In this document: piece by piece, positions 17,757 to 27,308 of the stretch | Numbering within the stretch: the stretch's first letter is position 1 | Layout: every line of letters starts with the position of its first letter | DNA from: a virus | Lineage: Duplodnaviria; Caudoviricetes | Length of the DNA: 33,975 bases | IMG/VR virus record: IMGVR_UViG_3300030708_001462 | Span: 1 to 33,975 of that record | Direction: 5' to 3' (one strand) | The notes under the pieces: model-generated | The model's database searches: none | Seen by the model: only the letters and a program-made list of their open reading frames with translations | What the model was told of the DNA's origin: nothing | Program-made: the position numbers and the translations under genes

Positions 17757-19264
17757 GAAAGTCTCCTAAGGGTAGTACCATCGTATGTTGGCCTTCCATA
17801 TGCCATATGGAATCGTCCACGCACCACACGTTGGTCAATCTTGTCAACGTACCTTTTTGCTAGGTTGTTGATTTCCTTCATGTATTTCTTTTCATACGTT
17901 GCCGCTAGACCTTGTTGCCCCAACTTTAAGTAAATGTCTTCCAATGCTTTGTATACAATCAGTTGATGGAACTCATATGGCATTTGTGGTACATCGGTAG
18001 ACAACAATAGGTCCTTTGGCTTTACCATAAATCGCATTACCATTTCACGTACGTAGTCATGGTACACTTCAATAGTATCCCCAACCTTCTTTTGAGGCAC
18101 TTCAAAGTCATATCCAACTGGTCGTGGATACGGTCTTATTTGCTGATGGTTACCATCAATCTCAATGTAACGTGGACTACCATTGTCAAGTTGATTTAAC
18201 TTTACAATATTGACGAAAGAGTTAATGTCTGTAACTACAATGGGTCGAAGGTAATCAGGGTCGTTACGTGTACCAGATGTTGTACTTGTACCATTGACTA
18301 CGTACAACCAACATGGCAATCCTTTGCGTTCACCTGTATTTTGGTCAAAGTTTTTGTTCCAACAAACTACCTTACGATAGCCTTCCCATTGAGTAGGTTC
18401 TTGGTCTTTGTTGTTGTAGGTGTCTGCTGAAATCTCTAGGTCATCCCATCCAGTAAACACTAGTTTTAAGGTCTTGTTGTTTTCAGTAACTTTGTAGATA
18501 GTTGGTTCAGAGAGTGCGCCAACCTTACCATCTTTAACAAATGCCCAGGCAAACTCATAGTATTTGTTTGATTGAAACTCACCTGTTGGACTACCAACCT
18601 CCGAAATGGTCAGTTGCTCTGCTGGTGCAATATGTTGTGTGGGACTGGTAATATATGCCTCTGCGTAGGATTGTGTGTAATCCACTCTTAAATCTAAGTC
18701 CTCTTCTCTTCTGGGTAGGATGGCTGTACTTTTGCCGTATGGGTTCTGTGATCCACTGACGCTTACGTAGGGGTAGTCCCTGTGTCCCAAATATAGTAGT
18801 TCTAAACAGTTTTCAGGTAGGTCATACCACCGTTTCTTAATCTTCCACCCTTTGTTTGTGGCACTGCTTGTGCCTTCAAATGGTCTGTCTAACAATATGG
18901 TTTTCATGTTCACCAGTTTGTTTATGGTGTATTCCATATTGTCTATTTCCATTGGCTGACCTTCCCACACATCCATGTCATGCAGTCTGTCAATGTCATG
19001 ACTTAATACAACTTGACGTTCACCCTTGGTAACAGTTGCTGTTATGTTGGCCCCAGAACTGTTTTCTGTATCTGTACTAGTTGTAATGTCTGTGTGCAAT
19101 CGCATAGTGCTGAGTTCTGTACTGAAGTTCCAACGCTTCATCGTCCAAATACAATAGTACGCATCATTCAACAGTTCATCCAACTGGTCATTAAACTGCG
19201 CTAGTTCTGGACTGTAGTCTGTAATGTTCTTAACTTTCTGTCTCAATGCTTTTAAATTTGCCAT
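17753..19264 (-). CDS. Head-tail adaptor / tubular protein A-like, with insertions
   Basis: Helical N-terminus (LLNDAYY..RWNF), YDLPENC, IRPYPRP and C-terminal DVPQMPYEFHQLIVYKAL. Confidence 0.65.
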   Translation of the reverse strand: MANLKALRQKVKNITDYSPELAQFNDQLDELLNDAYYCIWTMKRWNFSTELSTMRLHTDITTSTDTENSSGANITATVTKGERQVVLSHDIDRLHDMDVWEGQPMEIDNMEYTINKLVNMKTILLDRPFEGTSSATNKGWKIKKRWYDLPENCLELLYLGHRDYPYVSVSGSQNPYGKSTAILPRREEDLDLRVDYTQSYAEAYITSPTQHIAPAEQLTISEVGSPTGEFQSNKYYEFAWAFVKDGKVGALSEPTIYKVTENNKTLKLVFTGWDDLEISADTYNNKDQEPTQWEGYRKVVCWNKNFDQNTGERKGLPCWLYVVNGTSTTSGTRNDPDYLRPIVVTDINSFVNIVKLNQLDNGSPRYIEIDGNHQQIRPYPRPVGYDFEVPQKKVGDTIEVYHDYVREMVMRFMVKPKDLLLSTDVPQMPYEFHQLIVYKALEDIYLKLGQQGLAATYEKKYMKEINNLAKRYVDKIDQRVVRGRFHMAYGRPTYDGTTLRRLS

Positions 19265-19277
19265 AGGTCACCATACG

Positions 19278-19307
19278 AAAAAAGGGATGGGCGTTGGCCC
19301 ACCCCTT
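19278..19307 (-). terminator. Intrinsic terminator after the capsid/cement genes
   Basis: Minus strand reads AAGGGGTGGGC-CAAC-GCCCATCCC-TTTTTT. Confidence 0.8.
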
Positions 19308-19328
19308 CGGCTTGATAGAAAATCTAAC

Positions 19329-19805
19329 TTAGAACTGCTTGATAACAAACACGATTGCTTTCCCACCTGCTTCAGCAGCACCTGCCACTGCAAGGATAGG
19401 GTCTTCAAAAGTGTTTTGGTATGGTTCTAAAATACCTACAGTGCTGTAGATACTTAAACGGTCACCAACAGCAGTACCGGCTTTAACTTTTGCTTCAGCC
19501 ATACCACCAATACATACATCAACTGTATCTCCTGCAGCAGCAGCAGCACTAATAGCAACACCGATTCCACAACGCTTTGCGTTTGTACCAGTATCGGCTT
19601 TCATTACAAAGATAGCCTTGTCACCATTGTTGGCTTTAGCCAAGTCCAAAGACAATGCGTCACCAACTGCAATGGCTTCTGAAGCAATAAAGGTTTCGAT
19701 TTGACGACGATTCATCGCTTCGATTCCAACTGCAACTGTACCACCAGATGGCAATGCGTTGTATTGAGAAGTTTCCAAGTATTGGATAATGTTTTGTGTA
19801 GCCAT
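19329..19805 (-). CDS. Capsid cement / decoration protein
   Basis: ASEAIAVGD..GIGVAISAAAAAGDTVDVCIGG pattern; immediately after the major capsid gene. Confidence 0.7.
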   Translation of the reverse strand: MATQNIIQYLETSQYNALPSGGTVAVGIEAMNRRQIETFIASEAIAVGDALSLDLAKANNGDKAIFVMKADTGTNAKRCGIGVAISAAAAAGDTVDVCIGGMAEAKVKAGTAVGDRLSIYSTVGILEPYQNTFEDPILAVAGAAEAGGKAIVFVIKQF

Positions 19806-19816
19806 GATATACCCCC

Positions 19817-20839
19817 TTAGTAAGTGTCGCCGTCAAACAGAACACCACAAGAACCAAGGTGGTCTGCAATCAATTGCATTTTAACATACAATTGGGCAGC
19901 CCGTGCAGTAGTTCCAGAAATGTGCTCAAATGGTGAAACGGCAAAGTCAGCATCTTTGTGCATGCACAACTTAACACCGTCAAAGTTTAGGAAGTAACCA
20001 GACAATGGAGCAGCACCAGTTGATGCATTGTAGGTAAAGCCAAGTTCAAGGTCTTGCTCAACTACTGCACCACCAAAGGCAAGTTGCATACGTCCACCAT
20101 CAAGGGTCTTTTCGTTAATGTATCGTTCTTGTTGGAACAAAGCACGACGGTAGTTTGCCATTGCCGCTTCAGACAAAAGCACACATTGAATTTCACCCAT
20201 GTGAGTTACAGTGTTTGCCTGGATTGCCATTTGTTGCATACCAAGGATACCGTTTGTACCAAAAGCACCACCAACGTCAGCCAACTGATTTAACCAACCG
20301 TTAACTGGATACGTCTGCTTAGAGATACCACCAACAGTGTTACCTGCAGCCGCTTGTTGAGTCTTAGTTTCTGCTTCCAAGAATCCACCTGCAACATCAC
20401 CGTTCAAAGTGTTTACAGTGGTCAAAACAGTAGAGTTACCACGAAGCAACTGCTTGTTCAACTCACGTCGGAGCATACCCATTACTGAGCGCATACGGGC
20501 TTCAACAATCTTTACGATTGCTTTTTCGCCTTTGTTTTCCAACTCTTCTTTCTTAGTGATTACGATTGGAGCAGTAAAGTCAGCCCACTCATAAATAGCA
20601 GGTTGCAATACGTCTTTAACGGCAAGGTTTACCGCTTCGTATCCTGTAGGAAGGTTGGTGATTTGAGAGTGTTCAGCGATTGAGAGGGGACGTTGGATTT
20701 TAATACCACCATCTTCATACTCAATACCGCCAAAGCGTTTTGCATTGTCAAGGAATGCAACCTTTTGAAATAGTTCGTCAACTTCGCCATCACGGATGGA
20801 ATACAAGGTCGACGATAGCAAATCATTCGAAATAGCCAT
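19817..20839 (-). CDS. Major capsid protein
   Basis: 340 aa between scaffold and cement genes, with its own promoter and a downstream terminator. EDGGIKIQRPL..YEWADFTAPIVIT..ELENKGE pattern fits an HK97-fold capsid protein. Confidence 0.85.
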   Translation of the reverse strand: MAISNDLLSSTLYSIRDGEVDELFQKVAFLDNAKRFGGIEYEDGGIKIQRPLSIAEHSQITNLPTGYEAVNLAVKDVLQPAIYEWADFTAPIVITKKEELENKGEKAIVKIVEARMRSVMGMLRRELNKQLLRGNSTVLTTVNTLNGDVAGGFLEAETKTQQAAAGNTVGGISKQTYPVNGWLNQLADVGGAFGTNGILGMQQMAIQANTVTHMGEIQCVLLSEAAMANYRRALFQQERYINEKTLDGGRMQLAFGGAVVEQDLELGFTYNASTGAAPLSGYFLNFDGVKLCMHKDADFAVSPFEHISGTTARAAQLYVKMQLIADHLGSCGVLFDGDTY

Positions 20840-20938
20840 TGTTTTACCTATAATGTTTAGTTTTTGTCGTTTTGCCTAAACCGTATTCCAGTGGAATGGT
20901 TGCTGTCTGAGTGCTCAAAGAGTTCGTTCAACATAGGC

Positions 20939-20967
20939 ATTTTAAATTGAAAATCTTGCATTGTCAA
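20939..20967 (-). promoter_or_regulatory. sigma70-type promoter for the major capsid gene
   Basis: Minus strand TTGACA, 17-nt spacer, TAAAAT. Confidence 0.75.
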
Positions 20968-20969
20968 CC

Positions 20970-21395
20970 CTATGCAAGTAACCCAGCCTTAAACTGCTGC
21001 AACATTGCATACAAATAGTTACCTGGGCATTCGGTTGCGCCGAAGTCCCTGTGTCCGTATACATTGTGTCTGTCCAGGTTGTATTCCTCCATAAGTATTT
21101 TAACTTTGCCCCACAGCGATTCCATTTGTGCGGTGCTAGGTGCTTCAGAAGATGTGTTGCCAGTCACACAGATGCCAATCGAACCACGGTTGTGATTCTT
21201 ACAGTGAGCACCTGTTTTGTTAATGTGTCTGCCTGCTACAACTTCTCCATTTCCAAGCACAATAAAGTGATACCCAATGTCAGACCAACCATTGCCATTG
21301 ACATGCCAATCATAAATCTGCTCCTTGGTTGTACTTTTTGGTGAAGCACTGTGATGTATTATGATTTTACTTACATTGCGTTTACCCTTGGGCAT
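20970..21395 (-). CDS. N-acetylmuramoyl-L-alanine amidase (T7 lysozyme / Amidase_2 type endolysin)
   Basis: IIIHHSA, GWSDIGYHF, GAHC, SIGIC and YGHRDFGATECPG zinc-amidase motifs. Confidence 0.92.
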   Translation of the reverse strand: MPKGKRNVSKIIIHHSASPKSTTKEQIYDWHVNGNGWSDIGYHFIVLGNGEVVAGRHINKTGAHCKNHNRGSIGICVTGNTSSEAPSTAQMESLWGKVKILMEEYNLDRHNVYGHRDFGATECPGNYLYAMLQQFKAGLLA

Positions 21396-21403
21396 AACAA
21401 CTC

Positions 21404-22255
21404 CTACTTCTTAGCCTGCTGTGACTTGTGATATTGGTAGGCCTCCCATGCGCTACGAAACTTAGGCGTACCGCTTGGAGATACAGACTTACCACCAGAT
21501 GTCTTGCGCAATGTCTCACGTCTAGATGACTTTTGTTTGGCTACCTGTTCACGTTCTGCTTTGAGTTTAGTTGCATCTACCTTTGCTTTTACAATGTAAA
21601 ACGCATCCTCAAGTCGAAGTTCGGGTCGCTCCTGTAACATCTGAGCCACAGGCAAGCGATAATCATCGTCCATTAGTTCTGGGTTTTCAGTCTTAAACTG
21701 CTCCAGTTGCATACGACGTTGCTTCATTTGCATCTCTTCTTGGGCCGGCTTCATCATTTCCTGCAGCATCTTTGCGGCTTGACGTTTTATTTCAGCCTGC
21801 ATCCCTTCCGTAGTATAGATGTCATACTCTTCTTCGTTCGCCAACTCTTCTTCGGCACGCTTAAGGAATGGGTTGTTGATTGCATGGTCTTGTTGTCGTT
21901 GCAGTTCCATTCGTTCTGCCTCAAGCGCTTTTCGCATTTCAGCAATCTCTTGTGTCTTACGAGTATATGATGAGCGTATATTAGCAACATGTTTTCTCAC
22001 GTCTTCTGGTATGTGCTGCATCCATTCATGGAGTGGCTTCATACCCTTGTGGTTAGCATCTTCTGTAAACTCTTCGTAGTCTTCTTCGTTGATTCCAAGT
22101 AGTTCCTCAATGGTCATGAGTTCTACATCTTCTTCACCACCATCAGCACTAACATCGTCTGTTTCAACGACCTCTTCAGTTTCGGTTGCTTCTGATTCTA
22201 CTGTTTCGGTAGGCTCTGCGGTTTCGACAGTCTCAGTTGAGGTATTGTCTTGCAT
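21404..22255 (-). CDS. Capsid scaffolding protein
   Basis: Acidic N-terminus, SYTRKTQEIAE motif, coiled coil and basic C-terminus; upstream of the major capsid gene. Confidence 0.8.
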   Translation of the reverse strand: MQDNTSTETVETAEPTETVESEATETEEVVETDDVSADGGEEDVELMTIEELLGINEEDYEEFTEDANHKGMKPLHEWMQHIPEDVRKHVANIRSSYTRKTQEIAEMRKALEAERMELQRQQDHAINNPFLKRAEEELANEEEYDIYTTEGMQAEIKRQAAKMLQEMMKPAQEEMQMKQRRMQLEQFKTENPELMDDDYRLPVAQMLQERPELRLEDAFYIVKAKVDATKLKAEREQVAKQKSSRRETLRKTSGGKSVSPSGTPKFRSAWEAYQYHKSQQAKK

Positions 22256-22257
22256 GG

Positions 22258-22413
22258 TTATCTCCTTTTGTATCCGCCCTTTTTAGGCATGGTTTTTTTA
22301 CGCTTTGCTGCTTTGGGTTTTGCCATCTTTGAAGCCTTGGCGGCTTTTGCTTTTTTGGCTGCGGCTTTACCCTTTGCTGTATATGGAAACTTCTTTCCGT
22401 TCACTTTTGGCAT
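22258..22413 (-). CDS. Small Lys/Ala-rich protein (51 aa), not in ORF track
   Basis: MPKVNGKKFPYTAKGKAAAKKAKAAKASKMAKPKAAKRKKTMPKKGGYKRR; TAATG coupling. Confidence 0.75.
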   Translation of the reverse strand: MPKVNGKKFPYTAKGKAAAKKAKAAKASKMAKPKAAKRKKTMPKKGGYKRR

Positions 22414-22577
22414 TACTTCCCCCTTTTGGAATGGCAACTACATCCTTTCTTCTTTTTCTTGGATGCAGCCTGGTTTGCTTTTATTGCTCTGAGTCGTTTG
22501 GTTGCGGCTTTCTTTGTCTTAGATTTACCCTTGACATTGTCGATTTTGTATCCGCCTTTGGTTTTGCGTATTGGCAT
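22413..22577 (-). CDS. Small basic protein (54 aa), not in ORF track
   Basis: MPIRKTKGGYKIDNVKGKSKTKKAATKRLRAIKANQAASKKKKKGCSCHSKRGK; TAATG coupling at both ends. Confidence 0.75.
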   Translation of the reverse strand: MPIRKTKGGYKIDNVKGKSKTKKAATKRLRAIKANQAASKKKKKGCSCHSKRGK

Positions 22578-23068
22578 TACATTCTCTCCATAAACAAGGC
22601 ATCTACATCTTGTGGTGGCATGTCTTCGGTTGTGATTTCGTCTTCGACCATACCTTCTTCAGTCTCTTCCTCTTCAGTAGGTTGTGACCGTAGGTATCTG
22701 TCATACTGCTTGTCCGATGCTAGTTTATTGATTTTACCAGCAAGCACCATCAAGTTGGCATCATCACTAATGTTTTCAAAGTCAAATGCAAACTCATCGT
22801 CTACAATGCCCTGCTCTACGGCATCGTCAGTTGCCCCTTGAAACATTGCCAACACACGTACAAAGTCTGTTGGAAACTCTGTAATGTTACCATCAAACTC
22901 TGGATAGTCAGGCGTCTGACCAAACTTTGGCAACAAACGATTGGTTGCTTTAACAAGATTGTTGAGCGCTTTTGCACTGAATCGACCACGTGGGGCCATT
23001 TGTGCAAACGCCACTTCTTCTTCTTGTTCTGCTGCGCCGATTTCAGCGTCTAACATTTCTTCATTCAC
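22577..23068 (-). CDS. Acidic hypothetical protein in the head module
   Basis: Open frame 22577..23155; likely GTG start at 23068 after a GGGGAAG RBS. Confidence 0.65.
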   Translation of the reverse strand: MNEEMLDAEIGAAEQEEEVAFAQMAPRGRFSAKALNNLVKATNRLLPKFGQTPDYPEFDGNITEFPTDFVRVLAMFQGATDDAVEQGIVDDEFAFDFENISDDANLMVLAGKINKLASDKQYDRYLRSQPTEEEETEEGMVEDEITTEDMPPQDVDALFMERM

Positions 23069-23549
23069 TCTTCCCCCAAGTTTCATCCAGTTTACCGCTA
23101 ACCGCATCCCGTGCAGGAAACGCTTCCACCACGGCTTCTTCTTTTGTTTTACCACTTTTCAAAGCCTCCGTGTAGGTTTCTATTGTTTTATCTTGTGCTG
23201 TAACACGTCGTTTCTGTGTTTCTACTGCTGTATCCCAACGGTCTTTGGGTAGGTCAGCCTCACACACAAACCCTCTACTTTCCATAATCTTTTGCTCAGT
23301 GTGCCTGTTGGCTACGTGCTTACCCAGGGCTTTAGAAAAATACCCGTTTACCCCATGCTTACCCGTACCAGACCAACTACTGTGTGTACCTGGTGCTCTC
23401 AATACCCGATACAAATCACCACCACATCCCTGCTCATACGTATCAGCACCACATACCTGTGGGATGTTGTCATTTTCATAGTCACTAAAAAATATAAGTT
23501 CTTCATGTACCTTGGAACACACTTGACATTGGTAGGTATACATTGGCAT
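23061..23549 (-). CDS. FmdB-like zinc-ribbon protein
   Basis: MPMYTYQCQVC..C..GCGG motif; follows the portal gene. Confidence 0.7.
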   Translation of the reverse strand: MPMYTYQCQVCSKVHEELIFFSDYENDNIPQVCGADTYEQGCGGDLYRVLRAPGTHSSWSGTGKHGVNGYFSKALGKHVANRHTEQKIMESRGFVCEADLPKDRWDTAVETQKRRVTAQDKTIETYTEALKSGKTKEEAVVEAFPARDAVSGKLDETWGKSE

Positions 23550-25189
23550 TATTGTCTCTGGGTATTAAGCATTTGAGCAAGTTGAGCAGATGGTAGTTCA
23601 CCTTGCGCACCTATCTCACCAGGTGTGGTCTGCATCTCCTCCGGTGCAGGACCTCCCATCCCTTGTGGTGGTGCTGGTGGTGCAGGAGGTACTTCCATAA
23701 ATGATTCAGGTAAATCATAAATGCGTATCAGTTCCTCTTTAATCTTTTCAGCAGGTACACCCAATGAAGTAAGCACAGGCAACAGTTGGACAAGGTTGTT
23801 ACGCTTTAATGCCTCAGACAGTGGCGTACTACTTTGGTCAAGTGCCACAATCTTAAACTTCGCATCCAAATCCTGTACCGTGATCACCTTGGGTAACCCA
23901 TCTACTTCAATCACCGCTTGGTCTTTGTCCTCAGCAAGCAAAGACACAATGCGCAAGTAAGAAAGCGCAATCAGTTCAATCGCATTGTCACGCTCTCTTG
24001 CCAACTTACCAATCTCTGATGCAGAGTATTGAGCAAGGGCAGTCACCTCAGTAGCCGTTGCCTTAGTCGCTTCCCCCCGACTAAACGGCGCTAAGATGCT
24101 GCCACGGTTTATATCCTGCTCAATATAGCCAAGGTATCTATCAAAGTTACCCGACAATGGTTCTACACCTACGGCACGAATAATCCCATCCAATACAGGT
24201 TCGTCAACTGCAATCATTGCACCGTCAACACCTGCGGTAATCTTTGCCAAAGCCTCTTCATCCAACGAACCTTCTTTGTACAAATACTGTCTAGAATCCC
24301 TTCTAACACTGTTTGCCCAATATGTACGTAGTATGTTCTTCTCATAAAACTGGTCATATACCCGGCTTACCGCCGATAACCCACACATTGGCTTTTCAGG
24401 TTTACGTGCATAATACAATGGACAAATGGGACTCATTGGCCTGTCATCATACGTACGTACAGGTATCTCACTCTTCTCCAATAGTTCACCACCATCTTTG
24501 TAGTTCGGACTCCAAAAGTACAGTTTGTCATACGCCAGGTCATAAAACTCCACTATCTGTACGTACAGGTAATCATCTGGTAAGTCTTCACTTACACCCG
24601 TGTACTTTTCCTGCGGGGTAAAGTAATCCACCTTCGGTATCGGTGTAAACTTCTTTGCACCAAACCGCTCTCTTACTTCTGGCATTGGTAAGTAGTACAC
24701 ATGTGCCATAAACCTCTGCTCATCCCATGCACAAGCATCCATATCCACAATCACTTCCCAGCACGGAATCGCACGGATGGATACCTTCTCAAGCATATCC
24801 GTGCTATCCGTAGGGGATAGTTTGAGGAATGAAGCGGGATAAATAAGGGCAAGTCTTGATGCAATCTCTAACTGCTCACGCTTGTCAAACAAAAAACGAT
24901 TGACAACAGCCTGGGCCATCTTCGCATTCCCTTCTATGATTGATGCATCCTTTGCAACAACCACAGCAGGATTGCGAGAAAACAAACTAGCAATAAAGCC
25001 TTCAACGTAACTGAAGCAGTCGGCGGTTTCCACTCTGACCATTGTATCGTCCATGTACTCTGACTGCCAAAAACGGTTCTCATAGACATCTCTATACCTC
25101 TTCATCTCAGCACGTTGGTCATCCCAAAAATGGTTGTGCTCATCAAGCACCGTACGTATCAACGCTACTGTCTCTTTATTGGTTCTCAT
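23549..25189 (-). CDS. Portal protein
   Basis: About 546 aa downstream of terL, with the KATATEV motif and a Pro/Gln-rich C-terminal tail typical of podovirus portals. Start placed at ATG 25189. Confidence 0.85.
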   Translation of the reverse strand: MRTNKETVALIRTVLDEHNHFWDDQRAEMKRYRDVYENRFWQSEYMDDTMVRVETADCFSYVEGFIASLFSRNPAVVVAKDASIIEGNAKMAQAVVNRFLFDKREQLEIASRLALIYPASFLKLSPTDSTDMLEKVSIRAIPCWEVIVDMDACAWDEQRFMAHVYYLPMPEVRERFGAKKFTPIPKVDYFTPQEKYTGVSEDLPDDYLYVQIVEFYDLAYDKLYFWSPNYKDGGELLEKSEIPVRTYDDRPMSPICPLYYARKPEKPMCGLSAVSRVYDQFYEKNILRTYWANSVRRDSRQYLYKEGSLDEEALAKITAGVDGAMIAVDEPVLDGIIRAVGVEPLSGNFDRYLGYIEQDINRGSILAPFSRGEATKATATEVTALAQYSASEIGKLARERDNAIELIALSYLRIVSLLAEDKDQAVIEVDGLPKVITVQDLDAKFKIVALDQSSTPLSEALKRNNLVQLLPVLTSLGVPAEKIKEELIRIYDLPESFMEVPPAPPAPPQGMGGPAPEEMQTTPGEIGAQGELPSAQLAQMLNTQRQ

Positions 25190-25424
25190 TGCTCTTCTCC
25201 GTAACAACAACACCACTACTATACACTACTACACTACCATCTGCATTCATTACTTCAAGTTCCTTGTACAGACTCTTGTACCGCTTAACTAATCTCTTAG
25301 GTAAATGCAGCGTAAATGACTGGTCACCTATCTTATATGTCAACCGCACTATCTCCGCCCATCCATGACAGTCACACGGGTCACACCCACATATCCCACA
25401 TATCGCCAACGGCTTCCCATCCAT
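25176..25424 (-). CDS. Small Cys-rich hypothetical protein
   Basis: CGICGCDPCDCH motif; coupled to the terL stop. Confidence 0.6.
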   Translation of the reverse strand: MDGKPLAICGICGCDPCDCHGWAEIVRLTYKIGDQSFTLHLPKRLVKRYKSLYKELEVMNADGSVVVYSSGVVVTEKSNENQ

Positions 25425-26941
25425 TAGTATCTCCTATGCAAATGCGGACTTACACCACTTGTTTGTAACTGCCTATCCGCCTTCTGACTTATAATCCATT
25501 CAGGCAAAAATGCACTCTGCTTTATCTTAACACTATTCAAACACCAATACGCCAATGCCATCGCCATTGCACTGTCACAGTGACTCTCTACATCCTCTCC
25601 AAACCTCAATATACCCTTTTCGTCTACTGTAATACTACGCAACTCCGTCATCGTTACATTGTCTATCAACCGTATACTACCCGTCTGTATACCCTTCTTC
25701 AAGTTCTCAAACAACAACGGCTTACTTCTACTTGTCGTCAGAAAGTCCTTTCCAGTATGCGCATCCTTCCAAAACCTATGAAACCCCTGGTGCACTAACT
25801 CTTGTATTGTAGCCAAACCATAGTTGTTACTCTCTACCAATGTCAATGCATTGTTATATGTCACACTCATATCATAAATGTAATCTGCTAGTTGTATAGG
25901 ACTTACTGTATTAGACCTATAGATACAGACAGGCTGTAAGGTCATTCTACTTACACAAAACACTACAGCATAATCCCTACCTACACCACCACTAACATCT
26001 ACCCCTATCGCATATGTATCGTCTGCATTTGGCTCTTCAAATGTTACCCACTCTGTAGGATTCACTGTTACCACATCTACATGCTCAAAATCATCATACG
26101 TAAAATATGTATTCCCACTTATACGATATGCCTCATCCAGGGTCATTGGATACTCTCTTACAAACTTCTCCCAGCCTAGTTTACTTATCTTCTCCCTTCT
26201 CCAAGCAAACTGTCCCAACGTAAGTCCAAAGTCCTCCTGTAACTTCGTCTCCTCATCTGTCAGTGTAATCGGTATGTCCTCCATACAATACTCTGCATGA
26301 CTAAACCATGGAAAGAATAAATAGTTCCAATCCGCCTCTCCTATTTGACACTTGTGTATCTCCTTCCATAATGCATCGTTATAATAGTTCGCTGTACTTT
26401 CTATGACTAACTGTCCATCATTCAAAGCACTAATAGCAGTAGCCTTAAGTTCTTCAGGATTCTCCGCAAATGCATATTCCGATATGTGCAACATGCTACA
26501 CGTCTGAGACCTTAATCCACCCGCTTGAGTAGCCGCCGCCGCTATAATACGCCCTCCACCCTTAAATGCTAGTTCAGTTGTATTGTCTGTCTCTAGTTCT
26601 CTTTTCAGTCCCTCCGGTAAGTACTGATAAAACCTTTTGTGTATATGTAGTAAGTGCTTAGAACTGGCTATCTTATACGACAGTATTATTAGTGTTAGTG
26701 GTGTTGTTGCTGTATAGGCCTTCCAAAACATGTACGCACATACCACCGTAGAACTACCTATTTGTCTAGGCTTAAGGACTAATGTATCTCTACCCTGTTC
26801 TAATGCATTGATTATCTCTATCTGTTCAGCATTCAATACAAGGGGTACAACACGACCAGATTTATCAACTATCTTAAGACGTTGGATAAACTGGAAAGGG
26901 TCATTGAATACCCGTGCTATCTGTTGTTGTATAGACTCCAT
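25424..26941 (-). CDS. terL: Terminase large subunit
   Basis: LKPRQIGSST (Walker A), LHISEYAF (Walker B), IESTA, IGVDVSGGVGRDY and HCDSAMAMALA nuclease motifs. Confidence 0.95.
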   Translation of the reverse strand: MESIQQQIARVFNDPFQFIQRLKIVDKSGRVVPLVLNAEQIEIINALEQGRDTLVLKPRQIGSSTVVCAYMFWKAYTATTPLTLIILSYKIASSKHLLHIHKRFYQYLPEGLKRELETDNTTELAFKGGGRIIAAAATQAGGLRSQTCSMLHISEYAFAENPEELKATAISALNDGQLVIESTANYYNDALWKEIHKCQIGEADWNYLFFPWFSHAEYCMEDIPITLTDEETKLQEDFGLTLGQFAWRREKISKLGWEKFVREYPMTLDEAYRISGNTYFTYDDFEHVDVVTVNPTEWVTFEEPNADDTYAIGVDVSGGVGRDYAVVFCVSRMTLQPVCIYRSNTVSPIQLADYIYDMSVTYNNALTLVESNNYGLATIQELVHQGFHRFWKDAHTGKDFLTTSRSKPLLFENLKKGIQTGSIRLIDNVTMTELRSITVDEKGILRFGEDVESHCDSAMAMALAYWCLNSVKIKQSAFLPEWIISQKADRQLQTSGVSPHLHRRY

Positions 26942-26961
26942 AAAAGGCCTCTAGGTAGGTT

Positions 26962-26996
26962 AAAAAGGTGGTGCACTATGTCCCAATACACCACCT
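26962..26996 (-). terminator. Terminator-like hairpin immediately upstream of the terL RBS
   Basis: Minus strand reads AGGTGGTGTATTG-GGACA-TAGTGCACCACCT-TTTT. Confidence 0.55.
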
Positions 26997-27308
26997 CAGA
27001 ACATTCATATCGCAAGAACAAAGCGCCTTATACAAGATGTATTGAATAACACGCCTATACAAACAATACAGTAAAATACAAATGTATGCAAGGTTAAAAG
27101 ATGATAGCCACAAAAGCCCTATACCGGTTGACCTGTTATCTGGTATAGATTTACGGGGGTGTACATACTGTAACACAAAGGGATTTGTGTTCAATCGTAT
27201 GTAACCCACTCCAATCCATACTGGCGATAACATAGACCAAAAACAAATCGGATACAGTTCTTTGACATTGTTAAAATATTTAGAAGTAGCAGCCAACTAC
27301 CCACAGCC

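Noticed and set aside
22250-22841. Hydrophobic plus-strand ORFs that look like membrane proteins
   Set aside because: They are the antisense of Lys-rich minus-strand genes (AAA read as TTT).
26976-27296. 106-aa minus-strand ORF upstream of terL
   Set aside because: No clear RBS, atypical composition, and it ends inside the terminator-like hairpin. Treated as non-coding, though not excluded.
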